Below, one piece after another: positions 1 through 8,082 of a DNA stretch of 55,992 nt (position 1 is the first letter of the stretch; each line of letters opens with the position of its first letter). The notes beneath the pieces were generated by a model that saw only the letters and a program-made list of their open reading frames with translations, was not told where the DNA came from and searched no databases. The position numbers and the translations under genes are program-made. The stretch is taken from assembly GCA_013043705.1 (NCBI GenBank), contig JABDNS010000049.1, positions 1 to 55,992 of the forward strand, in the 5' to 3' direction. Source of the DNA: Pseudomonadales bacterium. GTDB taxonomy: Bacteria; Pseudomonadota; Gammaproteobacteria; Pseudomonadales; UBA7434.

Positions 1-1
1 G

Positions 2-421
2 AGCGACGTTTTTAACAGCGATACACAGCTAGCTGGCGCGGTATTTATTTTGCGTTATCGCACGCAAGATTTTGCGGCGAACTTCAAATCCCCGGGTTTC
101 GCGATCACCAAGTTATCGGGCGACCCCAATTTGCAGCTCAGCTGGCAATCGAATGACATCGGCCCGGATCACGGCGAGCTCGTTATTACACTGCGTAACC
201 CGCATGGATTTTCGGTGTTGGGCGCGCAGATGTCTAGCGCCAGCAAGCAAAGCCTGTTCGAAGACCTGTCATCAATAGCTATAGGCTGGTTATCGCATAA
301 CTATCGTGGTGAAGCGCCACTGCCGTTTACCTGGTCATCACCACCCATGTATTTCGATGTGCATGGTAATGTTGTAGAGGGCTTGAGCGCGAATATGCAC
401 GCGGGCGGCAGAAGCGGCTAA
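2..421 (+). CDS. Hypothetical protein, 5'-truncated by window edge; possible cohesin-like beta-sandwich
   Basis: Frame is open from base 2 (SDVFNSDTQLAGAVFILRY...) to TAA at 421. Alternating beta-strand pattern with LAGAVFILRY, GELVITLRNPHGF and FDVHGNVV segments. Confidence 0.5.
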   Translation, partial: SDVFNSDTQLAGAVFILRYRTQDFAANFKSPGFAITKLSGDPNLQLSWQSNDIGPDHGELVITLRNPHGFSVLGAQMSSASKQSLFEDLSSIAIGWLSHNYRGEAPLPFTWSSPPMYFDVHGNVVEGLSANMHAGGRSG

Positions 422-465
422 GCCAGGCGCGGCGCCTGGAGTTAAACAATGCAAAGGAATGCGAC

Positions 466-3450
466 ATGAACCGAGCTAATGGAATCCCCGCGCCGCGCAC
501 CGGCGTAGCGTTGAAGCGCGCCGAAGTGAAGCTTGCAAGCATCGCTGTTTTGATGGCAGCGATTTTACTTTGCGCAACGGTTGCACTTGCGCTTTGTACT
601 TTGGTGCCGCCGGCAAACGCCGGTCAAGCAGCGCAGGCAATGTCGGCTTTGATAGGCGCGGAGCGCTTCTTGCTCGGTGAATCAACGCCTACGCCGGAGC
701 AGCGCGTGAATTGGGATATTGCCCCGAACGGAGGCGATGGCCAGCTTAACTGGGCTGATGTTTCGCATATACAGCAGCGCCTGCTGAATGGCGTGCCGCT
801 GCTTAATGCGCTGCAGGCAGTCCCGCTCAGGCAAGACAGCGTGGCCACACGCCACGAGTACACCTGGCATGGCGAAGCGGGGCGGTCACCGCTGGCCTCG
901 CATACCGAGTCGCTACAATATCCGGGCAAACCTGTAGCGCTACAACGCTTTTATGATCGTCGCGGCAATTTGATAAAAACGGTTAACGCTGCAGGCCTCG
1001 TAACGCGCCTTGAAAACTACAATACCAACGGCCAGCCGCAGTCCATTACCGAAATTGACGGTACCGTAACGAAGTTGCAATATCACCCCCGCGGCTGGCT
1101 GCTGCGAAGTACGCTAGAACACCCCGACAACAGCGCCAATAATTTAACTACAAGCTATCGCTACGATGACACTGGCAAGCTCAATCGCGTGGTTTTCCCC
1201 AGCGGCAGGTACATCGATTACTTGCATGATGCGCGTGGCGAACTGGTCGCCATGCGCGACGCAGGTGGCCAGCAAATAAATTACCAGCTTGATGCCGCGG
1301 GTAATCGTGTTGTGGAGTCGTTGTGCACGCGTACGGAGCTCGCTTCCGAAGTGGATATAAGCCCGGTAACAGATATTGGCTGCATCGAACATTTTCGATT
1401 GTTGCGCTTGCACGACGGCAATAACCGACTGCGGCGCAACATAGATGGCCGCGGTGCACGAAGTAACTTTGAATACGATGACAACGGCCGGCTGCTAAGT
1501 ATCGAAAATGCTAGCGGGCATAAAGATCAAACTGCGTACAATGCATTGGAGCAGCTTATATCGCTTGCTCACGTACCGGCACAAGATACGCCGCCAAGCG
1601 GACAAGCAGCCAGCGAGCCAGTGGCCTTTCACTATCGCACTGACGACGCGCTGCTAGGCATTGACGCGCCCGGCGACAGTACCGATTACCTGGTCGATGC
1701 CTATAGTAGCGTGGTGCAAAGCAGTAGCGAGGCACATGGCGTTTCGCAGTTTGGCTTCGATGTGGCTGGCAACCAGGTTACGGCGGTTGATGCTGAAGGC
1801 AGGCAGCAGGTATTTCACTACGACGCGCTAAACCGCCTTGTGCGGGTGCAGGTTCCGGGCGAGCCCGATGCGCAAATTGATTACTTGTTTGGTGCGCAAG
1901 GGGTGGATGCGCATGCTGCAGGGCGCCTTGTTTATATACGCGATGGCAGTGGTTCAATTCAGCACACCTACGACTTTGCCGGCAGGCTGGCAAGACGCAA
2001 TATTCAAATTGGCGATCAGGAATATCCCATCAAGTATTTTTACGATGCCGATGGCCAGCTCACCGGCGTGGATTATCCGGGCATCCGCGAGCTGCGCTAT
2101 ACGCTTAATGCGTCGGGCGAGGTCCGTGAAATACGCCTGGATGACCAGCTTCTTGCCACCGAAATAAGCTATCTGCCGTTTGGTCCGCCTCGCTCAGTCA
2201 GCCTGGCAAACGGAATTACACGCAAAAGCATTTATGCACTGGATTACACCTTAACGGCTGTAGAAGATATCGGCGTCAATTTCCGGGCAACGCAGAGCTT
2301 TAATTTTGACGCGGTAGGAAACCTGCTCACGCTTAGCCGAACGGGGGTGGCGCCAGAGCAATGGCATTTCGCATACGATTCAAAATCGCGCCTGACGCAT
2401 GCCAGCGATGCATCGGGCAGCATCAATTTCGCTTATGACAGCGCGGGGAATCGCTTATCGCGTAAACGGCTTGATAGCGATGGTGCCGCGGTTGAGTTGA
2501 ATACTTATGCTTACGCTGACAACGGCAATCGATTGTCTTCCGTACAAAGCAGCATTGGTGGCAGCGGGCAGCTCGCGTTTGGCTACGATGCGAGTGGCAA
2601 GCTGCTTTCAAGGTCGGGGGCTGGCAACGCAAACGTTGAGCTTGTTTATAACGGTTTTGGCCGGGTGAAAACAGCAATAGTGGCGAACGAGGTTGTGGCA
2701 CGCTTTAGCTACAATGCATTGGGGCAGCGTGTAAGTAAATTAACTGATGGGGCATTGTGGCATTTTATCTACGATGAAACAGGCCGTTTGTTGGGGCGTA
2801 TAGATATTTTGGGCGCGCAGTCAATCTGGTACGTTTATCTTCAAGACCAGCGCATAGCGCGTATCATCGGCGCGAATGGCGACACCGCTGTCGAGTTTTA
2901 CCACAATGATCATTTGGGTCGCCCCTGGGCGTTGAGTAATGCGAGTGGCGAGCTGGTGTGGCAAGCCAGCTACGCGCCTTTTGGCAATAGAACCGTCAAG
3001 GTCGAGAATACCTTGCCGCAATGGCTTGGTTTGCCTGGTCAGCTGTACGACCGGGAATCCGGTTTTTGGTATAACTATCAGCGTGACTACGATAGCGATT
3101 CCGGGCGCTACCTGCAGGGGGATCCGCTGGGCGTGCAGGGTGGGCTCAACACTTATATGTATGCTGGCGCCAATCCGCTGCGTTTTACGGATCCGTATGG
3201 TTTGTTTTTTTTCGGGCCGGTTTGTGGCTCGGGCGCCAGCGCACGCTTTGTTCCCGACGGGCGATTCACTGATGCTTGCCAAAAGCACGACGACTGCTAC
3301 GGCGGTTGTGGCAACAGCAAAGAGCAGTGCGACCTGAATCTATGTACGGATGGTGCTTGCCTGTACGGTTTTATGTTATCTACGGTGTTTTCTGGTGCCT
3401 CCGGTAACGCGTTTGATGATGCGCAAAAGGGATGTGACGATTGTGAGTGA
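466..3450 (+). CDS. Secreted Rhs/YD-repeat toxin (C-terminal shell half) with dockerin-like N-module and PLA2-like C-terminal tip
   Basis: Signal peptide ending PANA-GQ. Many YDxxGxL repeats. Rhs core LPGQLYDRESGFWYNYQRDYD..GRYLQGDPLG..NPLRFTDPYGL. 81-aa tip containing DACQKHDDCY. Confidence 0.92.
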   Translation: MNRANGIPAPRTGVALKRAEVKLASIAVLMAAILLCATVALALCTLVPPANAGQAAQAMSALIGAERFLLGESTPTPEQRVNWDIAPNGGDGQLNWADVSHIQQRLLNGVPLLNALQAVPLRQDSVATRHEYTWHGEAGRSPLASHTESLQYPGKPVALQRFYDRRGNLIKTVNAAGLVTRLENYNTNGQPQSITEIDGTVTKLQYHPRGWLLRSTLEHPDNSANNLTTSYRYDDTGKLNRVVFPSGRYIDYLHDARGELVAMRDAGGQQINYQLDAAGNRVVESLCTRTELASEVDISPVTDIGCIEHFRLLRLHDGNNRLRRNIDGRGARSNFEYDDNGRLLSIENASGHKDQTAYNALEQLISLAHVPAQDTPPSGQAASEPVAFHYRTDDALLGIDAPGDSTDYLVDAYSSVVQSSSEAHGVSQFGFDVAGNQVTAVDAEGRQQVFHYDALNRLVRVQVPGEPDAQIDYLFGAQGVDAHAAGRLVYIRDGSGSIQHTYDFAGRLARRNIQIGDQEYPIKYFYDADGQLTGVDYPGIRELRYTLNASGEVREIRLDDQLLATEISYLPFGPPRSVSLANGITRKSIYALDYTLTAVEDIGVNFRATQSFNFDAVGNLLTLSRTGVAPEQWHFAYDSKSRLTHASDASGSINFAYDSAGNRLSRKRLDSDGAAVELNTYAYADNGNRLSSVQSSIGGSGQLAFGYDASGKLLSRSGAGNANVELVYNGFGRVKTAIVANEVVARFSYNALGQRVSKLTDGALWHFIYDETGRLLGRIDILGAQSIWYVYLQDQRIARIIGANGDTAVEFYHNDHLGRPWALSNASGELVWQASYAPFGNRTVKVENTLPQWLGLPGQLYDRESGFWYNYQRDYDSDSGRYLQGDPLGVQGGLNTYMYAGANPLRFTDPYGLFFFGPVCGSGASARFVPDGRFTDACQKHDDCYGGCGNSKEQCDLNLCTDGACLYGFMLSTVFSGASGNAFDDAQKGCDDCE

Positions 3451-3814
3451 TCTGTTCAGGGATAAATTACTTAGCCGATTTATGCGGCTACTGGCTGGCA
3501 CACTGGCGCTAATTTATCTTTTTGGTTTTGGCTGGTCACCGCCTGGTGGCGCTTACTCGTTGCTATATATATTTCTTGTCGTTGCATTTGTGCACCGCGG
3601 CGTTCGCCCCAATCGTGGCCTTTACCCTGGAGCATACTTCTCATTAACAGCGCTGGCTGCGCTGCTGGTAATGCTAGAGCAGGGCCAGCTGGCTATAACG
3701 CAGTTCTACGGGCGGCCAAATATGCCGATGTCGATAGCGTTTGCAGCCTTTTGCCTTCTCGCTTATGACTTACGCCAGTTTTTCTTGCACCGCGGTGATA
3801 GAGAATTAATTTAA
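3443..3814 (+). CDS. Putative membrane immunity protein
   Basis: In-frame GTG at 3443 overlaps the Rhs stop by 8 nt, with AAGGGA upstream. About four hydrophobic segments. Directly follows the toxin tip. Confidence 0.6.
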   Translation: MSDLFRDKLLSRFMRLLAGTLALIYLFGFGWSPPGGAYSLLYIFLVVAFVHRGVRPNRGLYPGAYFSLTALAALLVMLEQGQLAITQFYGRPNMPMSIAFAAFCLLAYDLRQFFLHRGDRELI

Positions 3815-3829
3815 AACGGAGATCTAGCT

Positions 3830-5863
3830 ATGCAACATGGAACGTTGCTTCGCACAATAATACAAACCTTAACTCAATATTTTTACATTGCGGCAGTCCC
3901 AATTGTTCGCCGCGCTTACTCGGTCATTTTTTTACTCGCGAGCATAATCTCAAGCACAGCGGCCGGCGCCGGGCAGTCGCCGGTTTGGGGCTATCAAATG
4001 CATCGTGGCAACGGCGATATCAAGGTTTTTTCCGATGCTTCAAGCGCAGCCAGTTTTGCTTGCGCCAGCCTGATAAATGCATCCAATAGTGCAGTGGTGT
4101 CGGTGAGCCAAAGCTCGATTAACCTCATTGTCAGTTGCAGTTACGACGACGTTAATGGTGACCCGTCATTTGGTAATGGAGCTCTTGCTGTCTGGGGCGC
4201 AATTTGCCCCGTAGGTACTATATATAATGGTTACAGATGTGAAGGCTTTGACGAAAATAAAAAGCGGCCTTGCCCGGATCCCAGTTCGGGCAACCCCATC
4301 CAAACTTTAACGGGCCACAAAATACAGCGTGAGCCAGATATTGTTAGCAGTTCACCGGGTGGTATCGGGTTCGAGCGGATCTTCGATAGCCGCGCGGCCT
4401 TTGCAAATGGCACCACGCTGGGGCCAAACTGGCGTCATAGTTTCGATGCTGTATTAAAGTTCGTTTATCGGCCGATAGCGGGCATCAGCGGTCCGGTATT
4501 TCTGCCTAACTGTTCGACAATAACCGATGTGCGCAATGATGTGCATGGCTTCAGCCGGCAGGGCGAGTGCCCAGCGTCGGTGCTGCAATCTAATCCGGAT
4601 CTGGAATTGTACTCTGTGGTTCTCGAACGCCCTGGTGCCGGCGCTAGCTATTTCTATGAACAAGACGGGCGCTGGCTCGCCGATGCAGATGGTGTTGAAA
4701 TGCTGGTGCCGCTTAATATCGCTAGCGATAGCGATGTAATTGTTGGCGGTGATGGCAACAATGAGAATACTAGCGGCGCCAATACGAACCCGAACATCTA
4801 CGCGCACCATAGAGCCACAACCCACTGGCAGTATCGTCACCTATCAGGTTTGACGGAGATCTATCACGATACGGGCCGACTATTGCAGCGCACTAAAAAG
4901 GGCATGCATTTTCAATTGCAATATGATCTTACGGCTGAACAGGGTGGCGACAATAATAGCTCCACGCTCGACTTGATAACAACACCAGCACAAGAATCGC
5001 TAACACTGTATTACCATGAGGGCTTGCTAAGCAAGGTGGTCGATACCCAGGGCGCGGTGTACCGTTATTTTTTTAGCAATGAAAACACTACTGTCCGGCC
5101 AGGATTACTGGTGCACGTAAGCTATCCGGATCAAAGCCCCGGGCAACCGGGAGAGAACCCCTGGGGTGAAGACAATCCTTATCGAAGTTATCACTATGAA
5201 AGTGACAGTGCGCCAACCTACCTAACTGGTATTACCGACGAAAATCGCGTTCGCTACGTAAGCTGGGACTACGATATCAAGCGTCGCGCTATATTATCGC
5301 GGCGCAAGGGACAGGCGGGGCAGCCAGATGAAGTTGTACAGCTCGACTTCACTCATCTTTATGATCCACGAAATCCGCGCGTTATTGAAACGAACCCGCA
5401 TGGCAAAAAAACAATTTTTCATTTTGTTGCAATTGACGACTCCCGGCGCGTGGCACGCGTAGAAGGATTGTTGCATGTGAATAGCGACGCGCCGGAAATT
5501 GGTTGTGAGGCGAGCGAACAGCACTACAGTTACGATACTCACGGCAGGCTGAGAACGGTTACAGATTGGGAGGGGAATGTTACCCAATACCAGCGGGATG
5601 GGCGTGGGCGTGAAATACAGCGCAGCGAAGGCTTATGGTGGCACGCAGGCGTAGTTGGGGGGTTGTTGCAAGGCTACGAGCAGGCGCTGGTTACCTCCAC
5701 CCGTTGGCATCCGGATTTGGCACAGCCAGCGCGCCGCAGTGATTCGCAGCTAGTAACCGATTGGCAGTACGATTGTTCAACCGGTTTGCTGTTGGCGGAG
5801 CGAAAATACCCACTTGGCAGCGAGCCTGTGTACCCTGCAGAAACCTGCCCAGCAAGCGACTGA
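3830..5863 (+). CDS. Secreted DUF6531 / YD-repeat protein (Rhs N-terminal shell half)
   Basis: GGAG RBS. Signal-like segment ending AGA-GQ. DUF6531-type motif GNPIQTLTGHKIQREPD..FERIFDS..LGPNWRHSF. YD repeats (YLTGITDEN, YSYDTHGRL..TDWEGNVT). No Rhs core or DPxGL. Confidence 0.88.
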   Translation: MQHGTLLRTIIQTLTQYFYIAAVPIVRRAYSVIFLLASIISSTAAGAGQSPVWGYQMHRGNGDIKVFSDASSAASFACASLINASNSAVVSVSQSSINLIVSCSYDDVNGDPSFGNGALAVWGAICPVGTIYNGYRCEGFDENKKRPCPDPSSGNPIQTLTGHKIQREPDIVSSSPGGIGFERIFDSRAAFANGTTLGPNWRHSFDAVLKFVYRPIAGISGPVFLPNCSTITDVRNDVHGFSRQGECPASVLQSNPDLELYSVVLERPGAGASYFYEQDGRWLADADGVEMLVPLNIASDSDVIVGGDGNNENTSGANTNPNIYAHHRATTHWQYRHLSGLTEIYHDTGRLLQRTKKGMHFQLQYDLTAEQGGDNNSSTLDLITTPAQESLTLYYHEGLLSKVVDTQGAVYRYFFSNENTTVRPGLLVHVSYPDQSPGQPGENPWGEDNPYRSYHYESDSAPTYLTGITDENRVRYVSWDYDIKRRAILSRRKGQAGQPDEVVQLDFTHLYDPRNPRVIETNPHGKKTIFHFVAIDDSRRVARVEGLLHVNSDAPEIGCEASEQHYSYDTHGRLRTVTDWEGNVTQYQRDGRGREIQRSEGLWWHAGVVGGLLQGYEQALVTSTRWHPDLAQPARRSDSQLVTDWQYDCSTGLLLAERKYPLGSEPVYPAETCPASD

Positions 5864-5901
5864 GACAGGCACCCAAGCGGGGGCAGGCGCCCAGCCAGCT
5901 A

Positions 5902-5944
5902 TTTTCATTTGCACATTTATCATATATAATAATGCATATGAAAA
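5902..5944 (+). promoter_or_regulatory. Sigma70 promoter overlapped by an inverted-repeat operator for the TA operon
   Basis: TTTTCA (5902-07), 17 bp, TATAAT (5925-30). Inverted repeat TTTTCATTTGCA (5902-13) / TGCATATGAAAA (5933-44), 11/12 match. Confidence 0.7.
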
Positions 5945-6330
5945 ATAAACAAAATATCGCCACAGCGCGCCTGGAAACACCAGATGATGCGGTATTGCTC
6001 GCTGGTGCCACGCTGGCCGCAGCCGAGGCCCTGGGGTTGAAGCGCGCGCAGTTAGCCGCAATTTTGGGCATATCGGAACCCACGCTATCGCGTATCAAGC
6101 GTGGCAGCTATGGCATCCCCGATGGCAAACCCCTCGAGCTGGCGCTGCTGCTGGTGCGTGTTTATCGAGCGCTGTATGCTATGGTTGGCGGCGATAACGC
6201 GTCAATGCAACATTGGATTGCCACGCCCAATAACCATCTCGGTGGCGCGTCTCCCGCTGAGCTTATGCGTTCAGTGCAGGGTATTGCGCAGGTGGTGCAC
6301 TATCTCGATGCTATTCGTGGCAGCGTTTAG
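5938..6330 (+). CDS. Xre/MbcA/ParS-family antitoxin (HTH plus C-terminal toxin-binding domain)
   Basis: HTH LGLKRAQLAAILGISEPTLSR. C-terminal WIATPNNHLGGASPAELM..G..QVVHYLDA. Immediately upstream of a RES gene. Confidence 0.88.
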   Translation: MKNKQNIATARLETPDDAVLLAGATLAAAEALGLKRAQLAAILGISEPTLSRIKRGSYGIPDGKPLELALLLVRVYRALYAMVGGDNASMQHWIATPNNHLGGASPAELMRSVQGIAQVVHYLDAIRGSV

Positions 6331-6345
6331 GGCCGGCTGCCAAGG

Positions 6346-7167
6346 TTGCCTGCGTTGACGCGATCAAGCCCCCAAACACTGCTTGCAGCAAACGTTAATC
6401 GCTTCAATTTCGCTACATTGCAGCAGCGCCTGGCGCGCACAACCTGGCGCGTTGTCGAGACGCAGGAAATTGCAGCCACCCAGGCAATCACCCAAAATGC
6501 TGCCGATCAAGCGCGGCTTGAGGCATTGCTTGAAGCGTCAAAGCCTGCCTTGGCAGAAGATTGCGCGGGGCTATCCTACTTGCTGTTCACCCCTTTTCGT
6601 TACCCGCCGCTGCCTTTCGGTTCGCGCTTCGGCGGGCAGTTCGAGCGCGGTATTTACTACGCGGCGCTGACACCTGAGGCGGCGTTCGCGGAATGTGCGC
6701 TGTATTTGTGGTTATTCCAGCAAGGTCCGCAAGAGCTTGGCCCGTTGGCGAATATCCGCGACCAGCGCACTGCGTTTTCTGCGCGTATTCGTAGCGCACG
6801 TGCGATAGATACCTGTAGCGAGCATTTCAGCCGGGTAAGCAAGAAAATCAGCGATCCGGCCAGCTGGGAGTTTTCGCAAAAGCTTGGCGCGGCATTGCGC
6901 GAGGTACGCACCGCTTATTGCCTGTACGCCTCACCTCGGTTAGCTGGCGCCACAAATGTGGCGGTGTTCGACCCTAAAAGTTTTGCCGACAAGGCTCCGC
7001 GCGAAATCCAGCACTGGCATTTGGCGTTGGATACTGAGCGCTGTCGATTTTCCAGGAGAGGATTCGACGGCAGCCAGACGATTGAATTTGAATATAGCCA
7101 GTTTACAAAGAACGGCCGCATTCCGCATCCGGCTATGCATAAAAATGCATGGCATGAAGATGCATGA
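6346..7167 (+). CDS. RES-domain toxin (NAD+ phosphorylase / ART-like family)
   Basis: WRVVETQ, LLFTPFRYPPL..GSRFG, GIYYAA..AFAE, SQKLG..LR, YASPR and NVAVF motifs. Start codon uncertain. Confidence 0.88.
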   Translation: MPALTRSSPQTLLAANVNRFNFATLQQRLARTTWRVVETQEIAATQAITQNAADQARLEALLEASKPALAEDCAGLSYLLFTPFRYPPLPFGSRFGGQFERGIYYAALTPEAAFAECALYLWLFQQGPQELGPLANIRDQRTAFSARIRSARAIDTCSEHFSRVSKKISDPASWEFSQKLGAALREVRTAYCLYASPRLAGATNVAVFDPKSFADKAPREIQHWHLALDTERCRFSRRGFDGSQTIEFEYSQFTKNGRIPHPAMHKNAWHEDA

Positions 7168-7209
7168 CAGCGCTTTATAAATAAAAAAGTTGTTGTGGCA
7201 GGCCTGCGG

Positions 7210-8052
7210 CTAAGACTCGATAAACCGCATAGACAGGTCGATTGCACGCAGGTGTTTGGTGAGTGCGCCAACCGAAATGAAATCTACGCCTGTTTCGGCA
7301 ACCTCGCGAATATTGGCCAGGCTCATGCTGCCCGATGCTTCAAGTTTTGCGCGCCCTTGGTTTTGCTGGACCGCTTTGCGCATATCGGCTAGCGAAAAAT
7401 CATCCAGCATAATAATGTCTGCACCGGCCTCTAGTGCCTTTGCAAACTCGGCACTATTTTCCACTTCAATTTCAACCCGTTTATCTGGCTCCAGTTGGCG
7501 GGCTCGCGCTATCGCCGCACTAATTGAGCCACAGGCGGCAATATGGTTTTCCTTAATAAGGTAGGCATCGTAGAGGCCAATGCGATGGTTGCTGCAGCCG
7601 CCACATTGCACTGCATACTTTTGCGCAATACGCAGACCGGGCAGCGTTTTTCGCGTATCCAATACCCTGGTTTTGGTGCCGGCAACGGCGTCGGCGTAAC
7701 TGCGACTTATGGTCGCGGTGCCGCTAAGTAGCTGTAGAAAGTTAAGCGCGGTACGCTCAGCGGTAAGAATCGATCGGGCATTGCCGGTTGCAGTAAACAA
7801 TGTATCGCCGGCGTTCACACTATCGCCATCCTCTACAGAAAATTCGAGCTCGACGCTAGAATCGATATGCAAAAACGTAGACTCCACCCAGGCGCGGCCG
7901 CAAATAACTGCCGGTTCCCTAACAATTACGCGCGTGGCATAAACTTTATCGGCATCGATTAGCGCGGCGCTAATATCGCCGTCGCCGATATCTTCGGCCA
8001 GTGCCTGTTCCACATTATCTTGAATGGCTTGTTGTAACTGCAATTCCTGCAT
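7210..8052 (-). CDS. nadC: Nicotinate-nucleotide diphosphorylase (carboxylating)
   Basis: [51 protein letters not shown]. Confidence 0.97.
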   Translation of the reverse strand: MQELQLQQAIQDNVEQALAEDIGDGDISAALIDADKVYATRVIVREPAVICGRAWVESTFLHIDSSVELEFSVEDGDSVNAGDTLFTATGNARSILTAERTALNFLQLLSGTATISRSYADAVAGTKTRVLDTRKTLPGLRIAQKYAVQCGGCSNHRIGLYDAYLIKENHIAACGSISAAIARARQLEPDKRVEIEVENSAEFAKALEAGADIIMLDDFSLADMRKAVQQNQGRAKLEASGSMSLANIREVAETGVDFISVGALTKHLRAIDLSMRFIES

Positions 8053-8082
8053 CGTCGCTTCCGTTGGGGCCTATCGGGTGAA

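Noticed and set aside
3350-3442. ORF-track start for the immunity candidate
   Set aside because: Overlaps the toxin tip by about 100 nt; GTG 3443 with an RBS is more plausible.
3830-5863. DUF6531 gene as a simple truncated pseudogene or orphan Rhs module
   Set aside because: It has an RBS, a signal-like segment and an intact 677-aa frame. Orphan modules are core plus tip, not N-halves. Not fully excluded.
5761-5937. N-terminal extension of the antitoxin ORF
   Set aside because: Overlaps the previous gene and the promoter/operator.
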